IMG/VR virus record: IMGVR_UViG_3300007775_000157
Span: 13,510 to 77,509 of that record
Origin: a virus
Strand: one strand, 5' to 3'
DNA: 64,000 nt
Below, one piece after another: positions 10,531 to 18,942 of this stretch. Within the stretch, counting starts at the first letter, position 1. Every line of letters begins with the position of its first letter. The notes under the pieces were generated by a model that saw only the letters and a list, made by a program, of their open reading frames with translations, searched no databases and was not told where the DNA came from. The position numbers were made by a program, and so were the translations under genes.

Positions 10531-10989
10531 ATGAATATAACAAACACCCACCAATACTATGACAGAAGATGTAATCTACCATTCAACATATTTTTGTATT
10601 ACCGAGACAAGCAAGGGTATCGTCTATCACACAATCTGCGTCTTTCTATAGAAGACACAATAAGATTAACTAAATTTTTAAATAAAGACGAAAAAATCTC
10701 TTCGGAAACAATCATGATAAAATCAGATAATATTTTGTATTATTTTTCGTGGGACACAAATTATAATTATGTATTAATTACCACCATACCGGCTGGTATT
10801 TCTGTTTATCACCAAAGAGATAGATTTGAGTTATATGGTTTAACGGCAAAAGAGTTGTGTCGTCTTTTGTTGGTAAATTTATCAATCGAGAATCTATATG
10901 AAAATACTACTGACGAAAATGCACAGACCAATTTTGCCGAAATGATAAAAAATAAAATGAACGACAATTTAAGGAGTGTTTTTGGATGA
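10531..10989 (+). CDS. Hypothetical protein ending in DNLRSVFG
   Basis: AAGGAG ribosome-binding site precedes the ATG at 10531. Confidence 0.7.
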   Translation: MNITNTHQYYDRRCNLPFNIFLYYRDKQGYRLSHNLRLSIEDTIRLTKFLNKDEKISSETIMIKSDNILYYFSWDTNYNYVLITTIPAGISVYHQRDRFELYGLTAKELCRLLLVNLSIENLYENTTDENAQTNFAEMIKNKMNDNLRSVFG

Positions 10990-11303
10990 GAAAAATAGGT
11001 AGTTTCAAAACATCTCTTGGTCTTGTGACCATAGCTTTCGATACGAATGATTTAGTAGAACAAAAAATCAGAGGATTATGGTGCGAACGTAGAACATTTT
11101 TGTGTACCACCAAATTTGAATGGCTAGCAGGCAAGGAACATATTAAGTCCCTGTATGATGTAGGACTTTTCCACGAAGGCGAAATTGCCATCATAGCAGA
11201 TGAAGACTTTTGGTTACAATTGAGTTGCGAGATTCTTATCATGGATCACCAGAATATTTACTTAATTTTGATGGATAAGGTTTGGAAATTGTGTATAATA
11301 TAG
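10986..11303 (+). CDS. Hypothetical protein
   Basis: ATGA overlap with the upstream gene; AAGGAG at 10971. Confidence 0.6.
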   Translation: MRKIGSFKTSLGLVTIAFDTNDLVEQKIRGLWCERRTFLCTTKFEWLAGKEHIKSLYDVGLFHEGEIAIIADEDFWLQLSCEILIMDHQNIYLILMDKVWKLCII

Positions 11304-11304
11304 T

Positions 11305-11405
11305 AGACAACGAAAGCAAGCAGACGCCGAATTCGTTTAGTTGCGCCACCTTGCCGGAGTTCGTTACCTTAGTGACCTGGGGGCTATGAACTAGCCCCCT
11401 TTTTT
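11305..11405 (+). ncRNA. Candidate structured small RNA or attenuator leader
   Basis: Lies between GTGTATAAT (11291) and a terminator. It is locally GC-rich, with hairpins at 11316-11344 and 11363-11376. Confidence 0.5.
11379..11405 (+). terminator. Rho-independent terminator
   Basis: GGGGGCTA-TGAAC-TAGCCCCC-TTTTTT. Confidence 0.9.
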
Positions 11406-11417
11406 CATGGAACCGGC

Positions 11418-11744
11418 ATGAACAGAAAATGGTCCGTTATCATACCGTCTATTGTGTTCCTCGCATCAGTCTTCGATTTAATAGTTACACTCAAGGCCGA
11501 AAGAATATACGAACATTTCTATGAAGCTAATCCTGTCGTAAGATATGTATGGCAGGAATGTGGAGACGATGGAATTATAATATTTAAGATGACACTCACT
11601 TTGTTGTCCTGCTTTGCTTCTTGGTATGTTCTATTTTACAAGAATAATATTTGGCAAATTTTCGTTGCTATTTTTGATTTATCGATTTCTTTTACTCTCA
11701 TTCTTTGGTGGATTATTTGGTTTTTTTTAAACACGCCTCTATAA
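11418..11744 (+). CDS. Membrane protein (DUF5658-like)
   Basis: Three hydrophobic segments and a 'D..VT....YEANP' motif. Confidence 0.6.
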   Translation: MNRKWSVIIPSIVFLASVFDLIVTLKAERIYEHFYEANPVVRYVWQECGDDGIIIFKMTLTLLSCFASWYVLFYKNNIWQIFVAIFDLSISFTLILWWIIWFFLNTPL

Positions 11745-11800
11745 GATTCGTATAATGATGTGTCGTCTATTATTGCGGAAGAACACAAAAGGAAAACTGA

Positions 11801-12118
11801 ATGAAAAATGAAGTAAGTGACAGGTTTGTAGATTCTACGGCAGAAACAATAAAATTCGAAAAAGATATTCCGGCACGCTTATTGAAAGGTTGTACCTTTA
11901 GACATTATGGAATCAATGACCCATCGGGACTTTGTGATGGTGGAGATTATATTGATGAGGTGCAAATAAGGATAGACGACGACCATGGCAGTGTATATGT
12001 TAGTGTTAGGCCGAATGAACGCGGAGATTGGTGGTATCTTAAGTTGTCATGGGAAGATTTTGCTAAATGGTTTACTAATTGTGTCAAAAAACACAAGCTT
12101 TCTGTTAAGGTAGATTAA
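11801..12118 (+). CDS. Hypothetical protein
   Basis: ORF with AAAGGA ribosome-binding site and an upstream TATAAT. Confidence 0.65.
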   Translation: MKNEVSDRFVDSTAETIKFEKDIPARLLKGCTFRHYGINDPSGLCDGGDYIDEVQIRIDDDHGSVYVSVRPNERGDWWYLKLSWEDFAKWFTNCVKKHKLSVKVD

Positions 12119-12146
12119 GTTGCACATCACAAGATTGGAGATATAA

Positions 12147-12455
12147 ATGACAATAGAAGATGCTAAAAGAAAAGTAGACGAAATTATTAGGTCGAGTGGA
12201 ACAACACATCCAAAGATTTCAGTAGTGCAATTGGCTGGTATAGTTAAATATCTTATAGGCGCACTAGATAGAATCAAAATGCCGAAAACGACTGTGCTTA
12301 GTACGCTTCCATATGACAAGGTTGAAATTGATCCACAAAATCAACTTAATAGAACTCCACCTTTGACCCCAGATAGAAAAAGATATTTTGATCAACCAAA
12401 CAAGGATGGAAAAGAGGAAAATCCACTTCCTCCGATCCCACCGGAGACAGAATAA
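12147..12455 (+). CDS. Hypothetical protein with Pro-rich C-terminus
   Basis: GGAG ribosome-binding site; stop overlaps the next start. Confidence 0.6.
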   Translation: MTIEDAKRKVDEIIRSSGTTHPKISVVQLAGIVKYLIGALDRIKMPKTTVLSTLPYDKVEIDPQNQLNRTPPLTPDRKRYFDQPNKDGKEENPLPPIPPETE

Positions 12456-13420
12456 TGTGTCAAATAAAAGAACATACGTGTGATGTCGTACGAATCAAAC
12501 TTGAGAATCATCCAAATGCAGATGCGCTTAGCATAGTACATGTTAAAGATTTTCAATGTGTTGTAAAAACATCTGATTGGAAGGATGGGGAGTTGGCTGT
12601 GTACATCCCCCCAGACAGCGTTGTTCCGAACACAAAACCGTTCGATTTTCTCAACGGTAATACAAGGATCAAGGCGAGAAGACTTCGGGGGGAATGGTCT
12701 ATGGGATTATTGGTCCCAGCCCCAGACGGAGCTAAGGTGGGCGACGATTACATGGAGTGGATGGGTATTACACACTACGATCCTCCGATTAAGAGCCATT
12801 TTTCTACTGGGGGAGATAACACAAATGCGCCACCAGGGTTTATCCCAAAATATGACGTTCTGAATTTTCGAAAATACGCGCAAGTATTTCAGGATGGAGA
12901 AGAAGTTGTCGTGACAGAAAAAATTCACGGAGCAAATACTAGATTTGTTTGTCACAACGATCAAATGTTCTGTGGATCAAGGAACAACTGGAAAAAAGAA
13001 GACCCTAATAATCTATGGTGGAAAGCTTTGAATCAAAATCCAGCGCTCGAAGCATGGCTAAGACGCAATCAGGATTATGTAGTTTACGGGGAGATTTTCG
13101 GGAATGTTCAAAGTCTAAAATATGGTGCTACAAATGGTCAAATATTTTTCGCTGTTTTTGATATCATGAAAAATAATCAATGGCTTGACTACGACGAAGC
13201 ACACGAGATAGGTAAACCTTTGACTTGGGTTCCGTTGGTTTTTCGTGGTCCATTTAACAAAGAGCAAATACTTGAGTTTGCCGAAGGCGATAGCATCTGG
13301 CCAGAAGCCAATCATCATGCAGAAGGTGTTGTTGTAAAGCCTGTGAAAGAGAGAACAGAAAGAAAAATAGGCAGAGTTCAGTTGAAGGTAGTAGGGAATA
13401 GATATTTGAGCAAAAGTTAA
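12455..13420 (+). CDS. ATP-dependent RNA ligase, DRB0094/Rnl5-like, with N-terminal OB/tRNA-binding-like domain
   Basis: N-terminal HPNADAL; nucleotidyltransferase motifs EKIHGAN, YGEIFG, FAVFDI, EGVVVK and LK. Confidence 0.88.
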   Translation: MCQIKEHTCDVVRIKLENHPNADALSIVHVKDFQCVVKTSDWKDGELAVYIPPDSVVPNTKPFDFLNGNTRIKARRLRGEWSMGLLVPAPDGAKVGDDYMEWMGITHYDPPIKSHFSTGGDNTNAPPGFIPKYDVLNFRKYAQVFQDGEEVVVTEKIHGANTRFVCHNDQMFCGSRNNWKKEDPNNLWWKALNQNPALEAWLRRNQDYVVYGEIFGNVQSLKYGATNGQIFFAVFDIMKNNQWLDYDEAHEIGKPLTWVPLVFRGPFNKEQILEFAEGDSIWPEANHHAEGVVVKPVKERTERKIGRVQLKVVGNRYLSKS

Positions 13421-13431
13421 AAGGAGAAAAA

Positions 13432-13722
13432 ATGCCGTACATATCCTTAAAAGATAGACAAAAATACGACCAATATATTAATGAGATTGCAAATTCTTTG
13501 TTGAAGTCTGAGAATAATGATGTTTTAAGCGGAGCAATGAACTACATACTTTTCCGTCTTGCAAAAATCCTGTGCGATGTTGATTCTGGTGGTTCCAGGA
13601 GCTATGCTCGAATGGCCGTTGTGTCTTCTGCTATGTCGGAGGCTCAAGCAGAATTTAGGCGAAGGATTATGGCTCCGTATGAAGATGAAAAGATAGAACA
13701 AAACGGTGATGTTGTATGTTAA
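13432..13722 (+). CDS. Conserved phage hypothetical protein
   Basis: 'MPYI...G.MNY...AEFRRRIMAPYEDEKI..NGDV' pattern; AGGAG ribosome-binding site. Confidence 0.7.
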   Translation: MPYISLKDRQKYDQYINEIANSLLKSENNDVLSGAMNYILFRLAKILCDVDSGGSRSYARMAVVSSAMSEAQAEFRRRIMAPYEDEKIEQNGDVVC

Positions 13723-13762
13723 TTTTTTTGGAGAAATCCAGCAAAAAAGATTATATTAGTTT

Positions 13763-13835
13763 GCCCCTGTCTTCTAGAGGCCTAGGATGCTGGTTTTTCA
13801 TGCCGGTGACGCGAGTTCGAATCTCGCCAGGGGTA
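13763..13835 (+). tRNA. tRNA-Glu(TTC)
   Basis: Acceptor GCCCCTG/CAGGGGT, anticodon loop TT-TTC-AT, T-loop TTCGAAT; no encoded CCA. Confidence 0.92.
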
Positions 13836-13851
13836 TTTTGAAAGGGGAAAA

Positions 13852-14154
13852 ATGATTAGGTTAGAATACAATGGTTGTGAGGTTAAGGTTAAATTTTATC
13901 ATAAAACATTAAATGCATTAGAGGTTGAATGTGTGACTGGAATCTCTGTCGACAGTCCAAGGAGATGCACCTATGCTCAAATAGAGATTGGACACAACAA
14001 AAGAGTGTATCAGGGAATTGCCGTTTGCCATTCATTGGACAATTTCTGTAAGGCGACAGGAAGAAAAAAGGCCTTAGAAGATGCCATCTTTTCTCTTAAT
14101 AAAGAATTGAGAAAAGTTGTCTGGGAAGCCTACGGACAACAAATAGGATTTTAG
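13852..14154 (+). CDS. Phage hypothetical protein
   Basis: 'C...DNFCKATGRKKAL' motif typical of small phage proteins. Confidence 0.65.
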   Translation: MIRLEYNGCEVKVKFYHKTLNALEVECVTGISVDSPRRCTYAQIEIGHNKRVYQGIAVCHSLDNFCKATGRKKALEDAIFSLNKELRKVVWEAYGQQIGF

Positions 14155-14163
14155 GAGACAGCT

Positions 14164-15285
14164 ATGTCTTATACCTATTGTGTTTTTGGAGCAGGACGAC
14201 AAGGTGTGGCTACGGTCTACGACCTAATAATCAACTGCGAGGCTAGCCGTGTCATATTGTGTGATCCAAACCAAAAGGTATTAGACGAAGCTAAGAATAG
14301 ACTCGATGATCTTTTGCCAGAAAATAAATGTCCTATCGATACGTTTCAGGACGTATCATTAAAGGTTGATTTCAGTAGGGTGGACGTTATTCTTAGTTGC
14401 GCTACGTGGTCCGCGAATTTAGGCTTGGCTAGGTTCGCTGCGACATACAATGTTCCATACTGCGACCTGGGAGGAAATCCACATATCGTGACACGACAGG
14501 GATTGATAGATACTCACACAGCCATTGTTCCTGAGTGCGGATTATCTCCAGGTATCTCAAATATATTGGCTATGGGATTAGCCAAAGAAGGTTTCCACGA
14601 AATACAGATTAAGTGCGGCGGAATACCCGTAGGGACATCTAGGGGTAATGACCCCCTAGAATACAAGCTTACTTTTGATGTAATGGGTCTAATAAGTGAA
14701 TATAGTGGCGTGGTCCCTACTATTCACGATGGACGAATAGTGAACAGAGATACTATATCTAGAATAGTCCCGTATATACGACCAGACGGATCGAAATATG
14801 AATGTTCATATACGTCGAACAACTCACTCGCTGTGGTACAGTCGTTGTTAAATGCTGGCGTAAATAATTATGAATACATGACAATAAGGTATCCAGGTCA
14901 TTGGGATAAGGTAAAACAATGGAAAACTCTTGGATTCCTACAAGGAGACGATGAGTCAGACGCAACACTCGCAGATATTCTGAAACGTAGGCCTGGACTC
15001 AAATATAACAGAGACACAGACGAAGATAAAGTGATATTATCTATAGTAGGGAAAAATGGTAACGATTTTGTTTGTGGACTTTATGGATTTGATATAGTCG
15101 TGTATTCAGATTGGAAAACTAAATTTTCAGCCATGGAAATGATGACTTCCTGGGGGATAACCATGGTGGCTCATTTCATTGCTTCTAACCCGTCTTTGGT
15201 GCCAAAGAGATTTTGCACTCCAGAAAATTTTGTTCCATCAGAATTTATTATGAACGGTATTAAGAAAAGAACTGGAGACAAGTAA
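14164..15285 (+). CDS. Saccharopine dehydrogenase / lysine 6-dehydrogenase family oxidoreductase
   Basis: Rossmann motif GAGRQG, plus YCDLGG, ECGLSPGISN, CGGIP, GLISEY and TIRYPGH. Confidence 0.85.
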   Translation: MSYTYCVFGAGRQGVATVYDLIINCEASRVILCDPNQKVLDEAKNRLDDLLPENKCPIDTFQDVSLKVDFSRVDVILSCATWSANLGLARFAATYNVPYCDLGGNPHIVTRQGLIDTHTAIVPECGLSPGISNILAMGLAKEGFHEIQIKCGGIPVGTSRGNDPLEYKLTFDVMGLISEYSGVVPTIHDGRIVNRDTISRIVPYIRPDGSKYECSYTSNNSLAVVQSLLNAGVNNYEYMTIRYPGHWDKVKQWKTLGFLQGDDESDATLADILKRRPGLKYNRDTDEDKVILSIVGKNGNDFVCGLYGFDIVVYSDWKTKFSAMEMMTSWGITMVAHFIASNPSLVPKRFCTPENFVPSEFIMNGIKKRTGDK

Positions 15286-15287
15286 AT

Positions 15288-15656
15288 ATGAAGATTTTTA
15301 TACTAGAAGACGACCCCAATAGAATGAAGACATTCAAGAAAGCCTTGTCTGGGCATTCAATAGACCATGCGACCAACTGCGAAGAGGGAAGAACAATAGT
15401 ATCGTCGAACACCTACGATCTTATCTTCCTTGATCATGACCTGGGAGGGGAGCAGATGGTAGATTCTTCTCACGAGAATACTGGTTATCAATTGGCTAAA
15501 TTCATGAAAGAGAACGGATACAACACCGAAGTCCCATGTATTGTTCATTCGTGTAATCCAGACGGGGCAGATAATATAGCATCCCTTTTGTGTCATGCTG
15601 TTAAAATCCCTTTCCCTTTTATAGATTTTATTAAAGTGTTATCGTATTTTGGGTAA
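15288..15656 (+). CDS. Cyclic-phosphate-processing receiver (cREC-like) domain protein
   Basis: Motifs ILEDD, FLDHDLG, TGY and IVHSCNP.GA. Confidence 0.75.
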   Translation: MKIFILEDDPNRMKTFKKALSGHSIDHATNCEEGRTIVSSNTYDLIFLDHDLGGEQMVDSSHENTGYQLAKFMKENGYNTEVPCIVHSCNPDGADNIASLLCHAVKIPFPFIDFIKVLSYFG

Positions 15657-15681
15657 TGTGTATAATTGATAAGGTAGGAAT

Positions 15682-15873
15682 ATGGAAAAAGAAAAACCAG
15701 ATCAGACTATTTTGGATTCAATCGGCAGTCCTAACGTATGGACCCCAGCAAAAGAAGATGCTTGGCATGAGCAGTTGAATAAATTGTCTTCTGGTGCCAT
15801 ATATCAAAGATTCCCACCATTGAAAAAGCCTGGGAATGTTCGCAGGCGTGGAAAATCTAGTGGATGGACATAG
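15682..15873 (+). CDS. Small hypothetical protein
   Basis: Follows GTGTATAAT (15658) with a ribosome-binding site. Confidence 0.5.
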   Translation: MEKEKPDQTILDSIGSPNVWTPAKEDAWHEQLNKLSSGAIYQRFPPLKKPGNVRRRGKSSGWT

Positions 15874-15886
15874 AAAGAGGTGCGAG

Positions 15887-16066
15887 ATGCGATTTTTGAG
15901 TAAGTTGTCTTTTGTTGCGATTTTGTTTGTTGGAGCAGCTATTTTGTCTGGTTGCGATAAATCCAAGTTTTTGGATGTTAGTGTTGGGGATTCGGCCAGC
16001 GTTGTATGTGTGAGAGGCACTGATCTTTGCTGGAACGTGGAAGTCGGAAAAGACACTTTAAATTAA
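15887..16066 (+). CDS. Small lipoprotein
   Basis: GAGG site, then signal peptide MRFLSK + hydrophobic stretch + lipobox LSGC. Confidence 0.65.
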   Translation: MRFLSKLSFVAILFVGAAILSGCDKSKFLDVSVGDSASVVCVRGTDLCWNVEVGKDTLN

Positions 16067-16076
16067 GGTGTAACAA

Positions 16077-16310
16077 ATGACTGATTGGAACGAAGAATTG
16101 AAGAAGGCGAGCGAGAAGGCCATGGAGGGCACTTCCGCCATTATACGTAAGGATGGTCCATCAGATAAACCTTATTGTGTTTATAGTGAAACAACAGGAA
16201 AAAAGTTCGGTTGTTATCCCAGCAAAAAGAAAGCCCAAGAAAGACTCAATCAGATAAAAATGTTTAAACACATAAAGGGAGAAAACGCCAATGGTGAATG
16301 TGAAGGTTAG
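16077..16310 (+). CDS. Small basic phage protein
   Basis: 'YCVYS..GKKFGCYPSKKKAQERL.QI' motif. Confidence 0.65.
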   Translation: MTDWNEELKKASEKAMEGTSAIIRKDGPSDKPYCVYSETTGKKFGCYPSKKKAQERLNQIKMFKHIKGENANGECEG

Positions 16311-16347
16311 CTGAGCCATACCAGAGACATATTTTAGGGGGACTAAG

Positions 16348-16773
16348 GTGCAAGCGAACTACAGAGAATTAAAGGGTTATAAATATGAATTGGTAGAAGA
16401 TTACAGAGTCGTTATTCCAATTTTTGGCATGAGTATCGACCACAGATTTATCCAACTACATCCTAGTGGCTTGCTAATTATTAAAAAAGAATATGCTTGG
16501 GATGGGCCAAGTGGGCCGACGATAGATACTCCAACATTCATGAGAGGTTCTTTGGTCCACGATGCGCTTTACCAATTAATTAGATCGGAAGCCTTAGACG
16601 TATCTTTTAGAGAACAGGCGGATAAGATACTTAGAGATATCTGTTTAGAAGATGGCATGAATAGTATAAGGGCTTGGTACGTGTATTGGTCTGTTAGACT
16701 GTTCGCTGCCAACTGCGCCAAACCAGGGACACAAAAGCCATATAAAGTTTATAGTGTGCCATCTAAAAAATAA
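16348..16773 (+). CDS. DUF1353-like protein
   Basis: WDGPSG...SLVHDALY...ADK motif. Confidence 0.7.
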   Translation: MQANYRELKGYKYELVEDYRVVIPIFGMSIDHRFIQLHPSGLLIIKKEYAWDGPSGPTIDTPTFMRGSLVHDALYQLIRSEALDVSFREQADKILRDICLEDGMNSIRAWYVYWSVRLFAANCAKPGTQKPYKVYSVPSKK

Positions 16774-17350
16774 TAATATTAGGAGATTCAATGTGTCTAA
16801 AAGCAGTAGTTGGATTCAAACTTTTACAGGCAAACAATTTTTTCTAGAAACAGCAGAGACAATAGACATAGAAGATATAGCTCATTCCTTATCTATGACA
16901 TGTAGGTTTAATGGTCATTGCACAAGATTTTATTCTGTAGCAGAACACTCCATACGTGTATCGGACATGTTGAGTGCCGATCTTGCTCTTTGGGGTCTTA
17001 TACACGATGCGGCAGAAGCATATATCGGAGACATTCCTTCTCCGATCAAAAGAAATCTAATGTATTATGCGCCAAATGAATATAGTACCAGTATCAAGAC
17101 TGTTGAAGCGAGAATAATGAGAAAAATTTCTGAAAAATTTGGTCTCAGATGGCCAATGCCAAAAGAGGTTACACATGCTGATTTAGTTATGTTGGCAACA
17201 GAAAAGCGAGACCTGATGAAACAAGAACCTGCTCCATGGCTACCTTTACCGGACCCACTAGAGGAAAGGATAGTAGTTACAATGTGTCCACAAGAAGCTA
17301 AAGAAAAATTTCTTAGATTATTCAGAAGTTTTAACAAGACATACAGATAA
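16754..17350 (+). CDS. HD-domain deoxynucleotidase (YfbR/YfdR-like)
   Basis: IEDIAHSLS..CRFNGH, YSVAEHS and LIHDAAEAYIGDIPSPIK. Confidence 0.85.
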   Translation: MCHLKNNNIRRFNVSKSSSWIQTFTGKQFFLETAETIDIEDIAHSLSMTCRFNGHCTRFYSVAEHSIRVSDMLSADLALWGLIHDAAEAYIGDIPSPIKRNLMYYAPNEYSTSIKTVEARIMRKISEKFGLRWPMPKEVTHADLVMLATEKRDLMKQEPAPWLPLPDPLEERIVVTMCPQEAKEKFLRLFRSFNKTYR

Positions 17351-17357
17351 TTAGCCT

Positions 17358-18002
17358 ATGAACAAAACGTCAGTCGTAAATATACGCAGAAACGAATACG
17401 ATATCTATATTGGAAGACCAAGAAAAGGTAGTATGGATGATGGATATTTTGGGAATCCATTTAGCATAACAAGCGATGGAGGTCGTAGCAACGCTATCGA
17501 ATTGTTCAGATCATATTTTGTACAAAGAATCAATAACGATACAGAGTTTGCTACGAAAATAGAATCGTTGCGAGGTAAGACTCTTGGGTGCTTCTGTAAA
17601 CCAAAGCTATGCCATGGAGACGTTATAGCGGATTATCTGGATAGAAAAATGAAGGTTGTTGTCTGCGGAAGTCGTAAATGGTTAAATATTGAAATTATTA
17701 AAAAGCGTTTGACAAAGCTATCTTGCAATGCTATAGTAATAGAAGGTGGATGCGAAGGTGCTGATTTAATGGCGAGAAACATCGCTTTAGATGTTGGTTT
17801 AGAAATTGTAGAATTTCCAGCAGCATGGAAAAAATATGGTAACTCAGCAGGACCGATAAGGAATATCAAAATGCTTGATACTAGACCAGAACTGGTGATA
17901 GCATTCCATAATGACATACAAAACTCCAAGGGCACCAAACATATAGTAGGAGAAGCTAGGAAAAGAGGAATACCGACAGAGGTCATACGGAGTATAATAT
18001 AA
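17358..18002 (+). CDS. DUF4326 domain fused to SLOG (YspA/DUF2493-like) domain
   Basis: N-terminal YIGRP..FGNPF..LGCFCKP..CHGD; C-terminal VCGSR, GGCEGAD, AGPIRN..M and SKGT. Confidence 0.8.
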   Translation: MNKTSVVNIRRNEYDIYIGRPRKGSMDDGYFGNPFSITSDGGRSNAIELFRSYFVQRINNDTEFATKIESLRGKTLGCFCKPKLCHGDVIADYLDRKMKVVVCGSRKWLNIEIIKKRLTKLSCNAIVIEGGCEGADLMARNIALDVGLEIVEFPAAWKKYGNSAGPIRNIKMLDTRPELVIAFHNDIQNSKGTKHIVGEARKRGIPTEVIRSII

Positions 18003-18003
18003 T

Positions 18004-18309
18004 ATGAAAATTCTATTAGACATAGATGATACCGTCTTTATTCGTGGCGATCTTCATCCTTCTTGGTCTGATTTCGTGGAATTGGTAAAGAGAGAAGATT
18101 ATCGTGTTGTTGTGTGGTCCTCTAACGAAGACGGCTTGGCTATAGCAAAACTTATGGGATTTGATTTTGTGTCTAAAAATGAATATGATTCACATCCATT
18201 AGCAAAGGTGTTAATAGATGATTGCTGCGACTTAAATAAACAATGTTGTCGAGTGGAAGAAACATTCGAATCCTTGGATAGCTTTATGGAAAAATACGAC
18301 AGAGTGTAG
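18004..18309 (+). CDS. Small HAD-superfamily protein
   Basis: LLDIDDTV motif I, WSS motif II and LIDD motif IV. Confidence 0.6.
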   Translation: MKILLDIDDTVFIRGDLHPSWSDFVELVKREDYRVVVWSSNEDGLAIAKLMGFDFVSKNEYDSHPLAKVLIDDCCDLNKQCCRVEETFESLDSFMEKYDRV

Positions 18310-18375
18310 CTCAACTGGCTTTAGAGCGCCTGGTCTGGAGCCAGGAGGCTGGGGGTTCGAGTCCCTCCACTCTGA
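18300..18375 (+). tRNA. tRNA-Pro(TGG) with atypical anticodon loop
   Basis: Acceptor CAGAGTG/CACTCTG and arm CCTGG-TCTGGAG-CCAGG. It overlaps the upstream stop codon. Confidence 0.88.
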
Positions 18376-18389
18376 TTGATGTCGATATT

Positions 18390-18770
18390 TTGGATGTAGA
18401 AACAATGGATTTATCTTGTGTGCATACTTTTATATGGGACATGCAATCGCGGGGTATAGACCCCAAAGATGTCGCCTATCTTCTGGTAAATGACGATGAT
18501 TACATAGATTTACTCAAAGATTATCAAGGGAAAAATTTTGCTCAAACCACCTTTAGTTCTTCGTCCGATTTCGTATTACATGGAATACCAATTATAAAAA
18601 GTCCAGTGGTCGGTAAGGCAGAAATCTTTACAGTGATGAAAGATATGATAAATACATATGGAAACAATGCAATATTCCAATACGATATTCCTCCTGTAGT
18701 CCCGACCAACAAAAAACCAGAACAACAAGAAAAAAAACAAAAATCAGACAAGAGAATAATAAGGCTTTAG
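18390..18770 (+). CDS. Hypothetical protein resembling an HK97-fold capsid A-domain fragment
   Basis: 'LLVN..DY..LLKDYQGK...VLHGIPIIKS' pattern. Confidence 0.5.
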   Translation: MDVETMDLSCVHTFIWDMQSRGIDPKDVAYLLVNDDDYIDLLKDYQGKNFAQTTFSSSSDFVLHGIPIIKSPVVGKAEIFTVMKDMINTYGNNAIFQYDIPPVVPTNKKPEQQEKKQKSDKRIIRL

Positions 18771-18841
18771 GGGAGGTAGCTCAATGGGAGAGCATCGGCT
18801 TTGCAAGCCGGAGGTTGCGGGTTCGAGTCCCGTTCTTTCCA
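18770..18841 (+). tRNA. tRNA-Ala(TGC)
   Basis: Cloverleaf, loop TT-TGC-AA and G3:U70 pair. Confidence 0.93.
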
Positions 18842-18843
18842 TA

Positions 18844-18924
18844 CCCCTGGTGGCGGAATGGCAGACGCGACGGTCTTAAAAGCCGTTGTCAAAAGACGTG
18901 TAGGTTCGAGTCCTACTCAGGGGA
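18844..18924 (+). tRNA. tRNA-Leu(TAA)
   Basis: Acceptor CCCCTGG/TCAGGGG, loop CT-TAA-AA and long variable arm. Confidence 0.93.
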
Positions 18925-18942
18925 TTAGCAGAAAGGAATCTT

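Noticed and set aside
11305-11405. Possible tmRNA fragment (reads ADAEFV*) or tracrRNA
   Set aside because: There is no tRNA-like domain or ALAA-type tag end, and no CRISPR repeat or Cas effector in the window.
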